DNA of 64,000 nt, from NCBI GenBank assembly GCA_964276515.1, contig OZ193910.1, positions 1,612,001 through 1,676,000 on the forward strand. Direction: 5' to 3'. Numbering within the stretch: the stretch's first letter is position 1; every line of letters starts with the position of its first letter. The position numbers and the translations under genes were made by a program. Shown here in pieces: positions 37,680 through 48,248 of this stretch. Below the pieces are notes generated by a model. It searched no databases, was not told where the DNA came from, and saw nothing but the letters and a program-made list of their open reading frames with translations. The stretch is from Gordius albopunctatus (taxonomy: Eukaryota).

Positions 37680-39923
37680 TTAGGCCACTTTTTTGCCGAA
37701 CAAAGATGTAATGGCGGTAGCTATGGCAGGGTTCCTCAAGGCTGTCATATTCAAGGTGGCCGCGTAGTCTAGAGCTTTGCCCAGCCCAGGCCTGGTCTGA
37801 TTCAAGTTAGATTTAGTGCCTTGCACGGCTAAACAATCAAGACCGGCTATTCGTTCAGCCATGTTCAAGCAGTGTTTTAACGTTACGTCAGCATCTAAAA
37901 TTTCTTTTTCGAAAGCCGCTTCTTTATTATCGGGGTCGGGAGAGTTTCTGGAACTTCGCAATAGTTGAGGGACTATCATGGCAAACCCGTTGGCTTGAGC
38001 TTCTAGTCCAGTAAATGGACGACCAGTTAATGCTATTTCACGCATGAAGGAGTCACTGTGTCCCATTAAATGGCTCAGCCTCTGCGTTAAACCCACGTCC
38101 GATGGAAATCCTAATTGCACCTCCTAAACGCCAAGCATAAATATTGAGAAATGATGATGATGATCGCTTTGAGAAAGTTTAAGCTAAAATAAAATGAAAT
38201 CATAGCCAAAAGTATGAAGGAGTAGCGTTGTAAAAACGCCTGGGTTTTGTTTGGACGACCTTCGGTTTAAGTAACACTCTCCAGTCTGTTTTTTCACATT
38301 TCGACTGAGCCTTGAGGCGGATTGAGAAAAGTAGACGACTAAAACCAGGGACCGATTCAGCCGTTTATACAACACTAGTATAGTTTATTTCGAAAAACGA
38401 GTTTTATCTTTAGCTCAAAACGATTAAAAAGACCTTCGGTTTAAGTAAGACTCTCCAGTCTGTTTTTTCACATTTCGACTGAGCCTTGAGGCGGATTGAG
38501 AAAAGTAGACGACTAAAACCAGGGACCGATTCAGCCGTTTATACAACACTAGTATGGATTATTTCGAAAAACGAGTTTTATCTTTAGCTCAAAACGATTA
38601 AAAATTCGGGGATTTGTTTGAATTAGGATGGCATATCGAAAATTGTTTAAAAAGTATGGCATGGTTGCAAACTAAAGGGCTAGAAAGCTAAGTATGACCG
38701 ATATATTAACTTTTATACAACTAAAAATGAATTTGAAATAATAAGCTGATTTGGGATATAATTTATTTGTATATTTGATGAGAGTATTCAGTTAATTGTC
38801 TATATAATTACTTTTAAGTAATTTAATATTCCTTAATTTAAAAAGTTTAAGTAAGGTCTTACTATTTAGACTTTGCTATAGCAATGATCATTAAGGAAAA
38901 ATAATTATTTTATGGTTCAAATTGCCTTCTTTTGCAGAATTTCAAGTAAAACACAAATAACTGATAGAATTGAAAGGCAATAATGACCCATTTTTAAATA
39001 TGGCAATATGTATTTTTATTAGTCAATTTAGGCAAAAAAACATGAATTTGTTATATTCTCATATAAATAAAAGATAAAGTTATATTCAAAGAATAACTTA
39101 AATAATTTTTAACAACAAAAATATAAAATAAAAATATGGGAGTGTAATATTTAAAATAACCAGTATTTAATATTTTTAATTTTTAATATACTTATACCAA
39201 AATAAAAACAATTAAAAAAGTAATACCCTTATTTGAAAAATGCTGTTAGGAGTGCAATATCGGATATCAGCGACTGAGGCTAAAGCCATCCCTGCTCCAT
39301 AGCACCCTCCATGAATGGCTGCAATAACAGGAACTCTACACTTCAATAATTTATTTATTATAAGAAAATTTTCAAGTTTTAATGACCCTTTTAAATTATT
39401 AATTCCTACAAATATAAGATTTGGAATCAATAATAAGTTTAAATTTATTACTTTTTCGATAGTATTAAAGACTTCTTGAATTTTAAATATGTGATTTCTC
39501 AATTGCAAACTCTTTTTGGCAAAGTCTTCATTTAATTTAGGATCCATACCTATTGACATCAAATTTTTCATTTCCCCAAAATCCAATCCTACAATCATTA
39601 ATGTTATTGTAATATATTTTTTATTTACCTGATGAAAACATATTACCTTCCCCTGATAAAATAACAACATGAATATTCTCACTTTCCTTAATTTGACTGA
39701 AGCATTTAATTATTTCCCTAAAAATGGCACATTTAAATTTATCTTAAAAAAATAACCGGAAAATTTTTGAATCTAATGAATTTTTTGTTTTTGACCTATT
39801 AAGTTTAACATGGCACACATTTTTGCATGGTTCTAAAACTATCAAATTTGTATAATCTGCAAATTTACGGACATATTTGAAATTGAAGGATTTGCCATAT
39901 GTTTTGAAAAGCAACATTGTCAT
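37680..39923 (-). CDS. ECH1: Delta(3,5)-Delta(2,4)-dienoyl-CoA isomerase-like (crotonase family)
   Basis: Exons 39923-39757, 39717-39629, 39588-39452, 39340-39227, 38123-37680; motifs HVKLNR, VVILSGEGNMFSSGLD, IEKCRVPVIAAIHGGCYGAG, ADIRYCT, REVQLGFPSDVGLTQRL, REIALTGR, AVQGTK.NL. Confidence 0.85.
38257..38604. repeat. Tandem duplication, 174-bp period, in ECH1 intron
   Basis: GACCTTCGGTTTAAGTAA...CGATTAAAAA at 38257-38430 and 38431-38604, nearly identical; includes the right half of a family B MITE. Confidence 0.92.
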
Positions 39924-40463
39924 CCAACTCGTCACTTGCCTACCATATGACGGCCAGATTTAAACTTGCGAACTTATGACACAATGGCGGAGACAAGGGG
40001 GATTTTGGGTTAGAGCCCCCAATTGACAAACAATTAACCTTTTTCTTGGTTTGTATGGAAAAAATCAATAATAATAAATTATTTATGTAAATTTTATTTT
40101 TGTATCTATCTTGTTATATAAAAAATGATGTGTTTTAATGTTTCTTAATAATTTTTATGAAAGGAAACAAATTTATTTACCTTGAAAGTGATTTGGTTGT
40201 GATACATACAAGGTGATAAGAGAAAGAATACACGAACAGAAATCAAAATTAATTTTTCTCCATTACTTTTTGATAGAACTTGTGATTATAAGAGGATCCT
40301 GAAAGCTTTTATTTTTTAATAGTTAGCAAACTAACAAAATTAGGTTATTTTTGTTAAATAACATAAATTTTGCGTTTCCAATCTATTTTATTCGAGGTCT
40401 CGCCTATCCAAAAAAAATTTTCCGGATTCAAATTAGTCTAATTGGGGGGGGGGGGGCAGCGCC

Positions 40464-40720
40464 TTAAATTCTAAATTTAATTAAATCCTATAGACGAACA
40501 CAACTCGTTCTATCCATCCAGCTCTACACTTTCCACTTGGCATGCTGAAATTGTTAATAATATTTATATTATGAATCTTATTTTTAAATTAAAAATTAAA
40601 TTCACAACAATTATATATTTTTTAACTAAGCTTAAATTCTAACTTTTATTAAATCCTATAGGCGAACACAACTCGTTCTATCCATCCAGCTCTACACTCC
40701 TCACTTTCCTTTGGCATGCT
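40464..40720. repeat. Direct repeat of ~85 bp
   Basis: TTAAATCCTATAG.CGAACACAACTCGTTCTATCCATCCAGCTCTACACT...TTGGCATGCT near 40481 and 40649. Confidence 0.85.
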
Positions 40721-41003
40721 ATAATTTAAAAATTTGATAAAATTAAATATTAAAAACATGCAATTACTATATAATGATGATACAGAAAAAAATAGATGTC
40801 TGAAAACCTATATAAAAAGTTTTTGCAATTTACTAAAAAATACTGAATATAGCCCAAGCCCCACAAAATTTTTAATAACTATAAAAATAATCAATATTCA
40901 TAATCAGATTTATGTAATATAAAATATACCTGCATAAATTACTATTTTTAAATCATAAAATTATTTAAATAAATTTAGAGTATTTCATAAATTTTTCTAA
41001 AAT

Positions 41004-41782
41004 TTGTGGTGCTTTCAGGTGGCTGGCCGGTCCGGATTGAGGGTACGGTGTATCTTTCTGGCGGGAGCCAAGTTCGTGAGGGATAATCGCCTGGGTTTTC
41101 GTCCGTGGGAATCCACTGGATATTGTAGCGGACGGCGAGGAGTGCGTTAAGCCCGTATTCCTTTACGAACCTGGAAATAAGTTCCTCGATGATGGGGGAG
41201 TTGGATCCCCCTTTTTGGAGGACGTAATATGCGGTGGTGGAGTCTGTTCGGATTCGGGGGAACGGGTTCCCTTCGTATTTTGCCACCAGGTAGCCGTATA
41301 GAGCTCCTAACGTTTCGCAGAGGGTGATGTGTGGTTCCGGCGGGAGCACGAAGTTGAACGCTGCCGCCGCATCTTCGAAGGTTATCGAGATGACGTTGTT
41401 GTGGATCGAGATTCCTATGTGGTCGCTGGAGGCATCTGTATATACTATGACGTCCGGGAGGACGTATAGCGGAATGCGCTGCTTAAGGGAGTTGACTATA
41501 GCAAATAGTTTAAAGCAAGCTGCGTTCATATCGAATAGGGAGGACCTTTCCGAGAGTTGTGCGTAAAACGGGGCCAAGAGTTTTGACATGCCGGTTAAGT
41601 TGTACAGAAAATAGTTTAACACTCCTAGAGCTTCTAGTAAAATTTTGGTAGGGGGCGGGGTGTTTGTAGTATAGGCATAGAATAAAATGTCAGCGGCATA
41701 TTCAAGACGCGTTACCGTTCTGTCCGAGCATCGAATGGAATGGTCTTCGAAAAAGATGTTCATCCCCAGGTACTCAATGTCC
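41004..41782 (-). pseudogene. Inverted pol fragment: RT thumb plus complete RNase H
   Basis: DIEYLGMNI...VYTDASSDHIG...HITLCETLGAL...IRTDSTTA...KGGS...QWIPTDENPGDYPSR (D-E-D-D set); matches 43517-43662 and 43663-43804 with 4 mismatches in 288 nt. Confidence 0.9.
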
Positions 41783-41787
41783 GGAAA

Positions 41788-42462
41788 ATGGTAAGACCTC
41801 ACAGGAGTGCACCAACAGGTACACCGGCAGCCCCGGAACCAGTGAGACAAGACTCAGGATCGAGCGAAAACGACTCACCGACCCCCTCAGGACACGATGA
41901 ACCAGTGGACATGTCCGAAATCCTTCGAGTCATCACCAGCCAAAACAGAAGGGCCCAAGCCCAATTTGCACAATCGCAACAGACAATCACACAGCTAATT
42001 CAACAGCTGAACGTCCAAAGAGTCGCCCCGCAGCCAGCGATCAATATTGTGCAGCCCGAAGTGGCCCCAAAAACTGCGAGGGAAAAGCTCACAGAGCTAG
42101 AAGACAAGGTCAACAAGTTGAAAGAACTCATGGCAAATTTCCCCACCAAAGTGTCCCAAAGAGACCGCAAGGAAGCTCAATACATCTTCCTGGTCTCGGA
42201 CACATTGTCGGAGGAGTCCCCAGACGCACTCCTCAGGGAAACAGCTGCCCGCCTTACCACGCTGGCAACAGCGATTAACTTCAACTGGGCCACGGCTATC
42301 CGCAACGACAAATCATTCGCGGAAGATTGGAATATTCCGAATCTAGAAGTCGTTCAGCCTAGACGACAGTTATTTCCTGGCGCTGGCAGAGGCAGAAGCT
42401 TCGCAAAGGGCCGCAACGTCAAAAAGGCGCCGGCCTCTTCCAGGGGTAAGGCGCAGGCTTAA
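41788..42462 (+). CDS. ORF1 of the RT element: gag/capsid-like protein, 224 aa
   Basis: ATG in strong context (GGAAAATGG) right after the inversion junction; the ATG at 41740 in the ORF track lies in the inverted arm. Pro/Ser-rich N-terminus, coiled-coil-like helices, RLTTLATAINFNWATA helix and basic RG-rich tail. Confidence 0.75.
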   Translation: MVRPHRSAPTGTPAAPEPVRQDSGSSENDSPTPSGHDEPVDMSEILRVITSQNRRAQAQFAQSQQTITQLIQQLNVQRVAPQPAINIVQPEVAPKTAREKLTELEDKVNKLKELMANFPTKVSQRDRKEAQYIFLVSDTLSEESPDALLRETAARLTTLATAINFNWATAIRNDKSFAEDWNIPNLEVVQPRRQLFPGAGRGRSFAKGRNVKKAPASSRGKAQA

Positions 42463-43884
42463 GACCTTGGCTGGATCATGGGAAGTCGGGCCTTCGGGCT
42501 TACCGCTTCCCGATGGGGCAAACACATCCAAGTCTCCCAGATGGCTTGCGCAACTTATATTTCAAATTCGGGAGACGCGCCGTTGGATTTTTTCCCAATC
42601 AGAACTTCCGTCGGGGGCGACGGGAGCGATCCAGTTGCCTGACACTAATTATTCCGATACATTTATTCCAGCCCCCGACTACGAGCATCGCATTAAACAG
42701 GTGGAGGCCGCCTTCGGCCGGGATCTGGGGTCTGAATCATTCCCCATTTTTAGCCTCCACAAATCATTATTCTGTTGGAACAAAGAGCCGTCACGGAACC
42801 CACCTACCGGGCCGTTAGACATCGCAACTTCTAGGCTCATACCACATCATTCGCAATCCCCTTTCACAAGAAGGATAGCCCGAAAAGGCTTCATGCCTAA
42901 GCTGGACATGGTTAAAATCCGGGAGCACGGAGGCATATACCTCACATCTCGTCGAAAAGCCATCTCCAGAGGTAAACCAGAGCATTTCCGCACCATGCTG
43001 GAGATGCAAACGGTAGAAAGGACCGACAAAAATATCATCAAGTCGGCCACCTTTTTCATCCCGAAAACAAACGGGGACGCTAGGGTCATTACGGACCTAT
43101 CCGAGGTCTCTAAGAACTTCGTTCACTATCCAATAAAACTAGCATCCATCCCCCTGACGTCCAGACAGCTGAGCAGGGCATCGTACGTGGCAAAAATAGA
43201 CCTCAAACCGGCTTTCTTTAGCATCCCACTAAATATCTGCAAGAAAATACGCAGCGTACACATTCGAAGGGCTCAAATACCGCTACAAAGTATTGTCCAT
43301 GGGAGCGTCATACTCCCCATACGTTCTACAGATGATCACCTCCGACTTAGCCAAGAAAGCGGTGGCCAAATGCAAATACAATGTCTACCTTGATGACATT
43401 CTTATATACGGAGACACCTACACAGATGTTCAAGAGGACCTAGAAAGCTTCTTCGGACTAGCAGCTGATTGGGGTCTCACGGTAAACGCTAGGAAATCTT
43501 CAATTCTACCGGAGAGGGACATTGAGTACCTGGGGATGAACATCTCTTTCGAAGAACATTCCATTCGATGCTCGGACAGAACGGTAACGCGTCTTGAATA
43601 TGCCGCTGACATTTTATTCTATGCCTATACTACAAACACCCCGCCCCCTACCAAAATTTTACGCACTCCTCGCCGTCCGCTACAATATCCAGTGGATTCC
43701 CACGGACGAAAACCCAGCCGATTATCCCTCACGAACTTGGCTCCCGCCAGAACGATACACCGTACCCTCAATCCGGACCGGCCAGCCACCTGAAAGCACC
43801 ACAATACCCGATATCCACGACGAAGAAGACGACCTCTTCGACTGGAACGATTGGGCAGGCGAAAAAATATATTTTCCGACCTAA
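42347..43884 (+). pseudogene. pol of the RT element (N-terminal domain, RT, RNase H remnant), disrupted
   Basis: Frame open from 42347; TFFIPK..GDARVITDLS, KIDLKPAFFSIPL, frameshift near 43235, YKVLSMGASYSPYVLQ, VYLDD, GLTVN..KS, IEYLG; 491-nt deletion at 43662/43663; NPADYPSR; stop at 43882-43884. Confidence 0.9.
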
Positions 43885-44069
43885 GGAAAAGAATACAATG
43901 CAACATGTTTAATCGATAGATTAAGTTAGGGCTTTATTAAACTAATTGATATGAAAATTATCTGAACGATATTTTAAAATAATGAATAAATACGTTGGAA
44001 TCCAAACTTGGGTTTCATTAGTTCTCCACTCTGCTATGCAAAAACTCTAACGGGGCATTCGTGATGAGG

Positions 44070-44240
44070 ACGAAGCTATGCGAAGCGAAAATTTCGATTG
44101 TCAATTTCAAATGTTTTAAGTGGATAATAGGGAAATATATATTATTTTAAACTTGTTCGATTGAGTCCATTATAAAAATCTAAATAATCTTGCACACTTT
44201 ATAAATTAGTGTCCTAAATTTTCGCTTCGCATCGTTTCGC
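44070..44240. mobile_element. Palindromic MITE-like repeat
   Basis: ATGCGAAGCGAAAATTT near 44078 is the reverse complement of AAATTTTCGCTTCGCAT near 44216-44232. Confidence 0.55.
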
Positions 44241-45269
44241 GCACATTATAAAGGCCGCGTCATATATTATATAAAAAAAATTTCCAATAGCTGTTTGTCA
44301 CACTAAAGTGGTCAGCTTCTTTAGATATTTGGATGATGGGTGATGATTGGCTATCCAGCGCTGACAGCCGTGTTCACGATGTGATTTTTACTCTTTTGAA
44401 ACCTGTGACACTTACTTCAAAGACTAAACCTATACCCACTACACCACCACGCCCCTATAAAGTTATATTATATTTACAGAAAAAGTCGAACATTAAAATA
44501 ATCTATAGGAATTTCTCGTGTTTTATCATCTACATACACACGATTTAAAGGGGGAGGGGCTGAGAAAGTTAGGGAAAAAAGAAAAAAAAACATAATTTCG
44601 TCACAATTTTTATGTGTATATTTGGCTTTATGGGCAGGCAACTGATCCTTCCAGTCTCCCCATATTTAAGCTCAGTGTTCTATTTTCACTTTAATTTTAT
44701 TTTAAGTTATAGACATTATAAAAAAGAATATACATAAAATTATAAGACGTCATCGTATGCCATCATAACGTACATTTTATTAATTTCTAGAAACGCCTCC
44801 TATTAGCATTTAATTTTATTTTAAGTTACGTTTAAAGTTTAAGTTACTCAAAATATCCAGTCCTATGAACATCTTTTACATTCTGGCATTATTATTAATT
44901 CTCATCGGAGAATCAACCTTGATTCTAATGGCACCTAACAATAACACGGTGCCCAAGAAAATTACAAAACGCGATAATATTAAGCATAGAAAGTTTAAAG
45001 GTAAAATTGTCAAAAATCCAAAATTCGACTAAATTATGATCTACTCAATCTCTCATTTTCCGTCATTATTTATTTTGAATCAATGTTTTTCCTTCCAAAT
45101 TTTTTAAACAAATTGATGTATATCTGTTTATTTTACATTTTATAATGTTTTGATTTAAAATAAAATGCTTTCTAATTACACTTATACTGAGTGAACGGTT
45201 GCCATAACCATTAAACAGTTGTTTTATTTTACTCAAAATGAGTTTCATTTATAGCTGCAATCTTCTATG

Positions 45270-46337
45270 CAGTCTTGTTAACGCTCCTTTTTAAAAGTAG
45301 CGACTCCCGCTCCTACCTTCTCAAAAGGAGCGAACTCCCGCTCCCGCTACTACATATTAAAAGGAGCGCTCCCGCTCCAACTAATGGAGTGCCGCTCCTT
45401 TGATTTTCATTTTTTAGAAGGTACACGGAACAAAATCCTATTTTTTTATCAAAACGTTTTATTTATATTATATGATATATCAAAATATTTATAATCCTTT
45501 ATTAGCTTTTAAAAGTAATAAATTTCTTAAATTAGAATCTAACAAACACCCACGCTTCTCCCCTAAGACCTGTTTTGCGATACTAAATAGGCGCTCCACA
45601 GGAGCACTAGAGGGAAGCGGGATATTGTATTTAATATAAATTTTTTTAATTCTTAGTATTGTTCAAAAATAGTAATTTTGCTATCATTATTTAAAAATAT
45701 CTATCCAATATATTATTTTCATGGTAATCGATTTCATTTAATCCAAAGAAATCTTCCAAATCATTACAAGGTTCCCGTGAATTAGTTGTAGCTATTTTTC
45801 CGTCGGTTATTTGTTTCCTTAAAAAATTAATTAATCTGGCTTTTAGTTCCATATTTTTTGGATCTTTTATCCATTCCCAATTCAATTTAAATGCAGGATG
45901 AACAATCGCTGCAATTATATTATCATCATTATAAATATTTGAAAATCTGCAATAAGGTTATTTAAAAAGATATAATTTATGTGTTATTATAAACCTTTTA
46001 TTAATACCGCTGATGAGAGACTTTACAAGAGGTTAGCAAAACTCTAAATCTGATAATTCATTTAATTTTGAAATGAGTTTAAAAATGGTAGGACTTAGGA
46101 AACCCATATAAATTTAGATAAAATTATATTTTAATTAAATTTTAATTAACAAATATTATTAATATTTAAAAAATAATATAATTTATATATTAAATTTAAA
46201 GGAGTGGAGGAGCGCCGCTCATCCGCTCCAGCCCTAAAAGGAGCTACTCCCGCTCCTCGTTTTTAAAAAGGAGGGGCGCTCCAACTTTTTTGGAAAAATG
46301 TAGCGGCGCTCCGGAGCGCCGCTCCTTAACAAGACTG
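45270..46337 (-). mobile_element. Internally deleted hAT DNA transposon (second family)
   Basis: TIR CAGTCTTGTTAA at both ends, exact 8-bp TSD CTTCTATG, subterminal GGAGCG/CGCTCC repeats, minus-strand remnants IIAAIVHPAFKL and YIKYNIPLPSSAPVERLFSIA. Confidence 0.93.
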
Positions 46338-47480
46338 CTTCTATGATTTTTTCAAATAATTTTCAAATTATAATTTTGGAAGTTATTATAAGATATGAAA
46401 ATAGGATTATGATAAAATCTGTAATCAAATTATCATTAAAGGTATACAATAGTGTTCAGAGGTCAGGTTTGGCTAAATTTTTCTGCCCAACTCCGGCCTG
46501 GTCCGATTTTAATCTAAATTGTTTGTAAAGCCCACCCTAACCCAACTAAACTAAGTGTCCGTTGGCCATGTCCCAATCAATAGAGCTTCCCGTCGCGAAA
46601 TGATGTTTTTTTTAATTTTGGCATTAAATATTTCGAACAATTTTAAATCCAATTTTCGATATGCAAAGATAAGAACTAAGATTAATAAATATTACATAGT
46701 CAAATTAAGAAGTGACAACATATTAAATTATAAAAACAATCTAATTGATCCCGAGTGCCCAAATTTATATGGTGTCCGCCCGAAAATCAAAATTAACGTG
46801 AATTGTCGGACTCTGGGCCTAGCGGACTGGACAGCGTGCCAAGTCCGGCTTTTTTGCTCTAAAATAATGCTATAGACAATTTGAATTTTTCGATAATAGG
46901 CAGAGTTTCCTAAAGGTTTAAAAAAACGTAATCCAAATAGCTTCTGGGGGGGGGGGGGCTATATAGGGTTGTAAAAACGGGTGGGGTTTGTCTGGTTGAC
47001 CTTTGGTTTCAGTGGACTAAACGTCAAAAGATAAAGGCGCATGTTTTTCTTAGTAGGCCTCTAGGCTACCAGAGTCTGCCATAAGTCTTGGTTTAACCAA
47101 AGGAAAACCAAACAAAACCCAGCTGTTTTTACAATACTAGGGCTAGATATAAGCATACACAAGACATATAAAACAACTCATCATAATACAACCAAGACTC
47201 CCTTACGGACTTGTGATTGACAAAACTACAATTTCTTTCTATTTATAGCTTATGTAATGTCCAAATTATATAATATGAATCTGCAATGTAGTAATAAGAA
47301 ATTAGTTACCAACATTAAATATTTTTCTTAGCATACAATATTAATGGCAATAAATTATATTCCAAATGTCAAAAAGATCAATATATTATTCAAGGTGAGA
47401 GACATTATGTGTGATGGGACTTGCTGGTAAATTTAATATAATAGATAAATAATACTTGATAAAATGTAAATTTATATGAG

Positions 47481-48248
<768 letters not shown>

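Larger units (their letters stand above)
41004..43890. mobile_element. GC-rich reverse-transcribing element insert (DIRS-like or HEART/hepadnavirus-like RT-RNase H; no integrase or recombinase seen) with inverted partial copy
   Basis: Sharp GC-rich island in AT-rich DNA; plus-strand unit 41783-43890 and inverted arm 41004-41782; RT and RNase H motifs; no LTR, poly(A) tail or host TSD visible. Confidence 0.9.

Noticed and set aside
41740..41787. N-terminal 16 codons of the 240-aa ORF, and the first ~23 codons of minus ORF 40975-41850
   Set aside because: Both read across the inversion junction at 41782/41783 and are antisense to the other arm; not genuine N-termini.
44290..45070. Exon-like GC-richer patches on the minus strand
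   Set aside because: I could not assemble a stop-free, phase-consistent model or recognise a domain.
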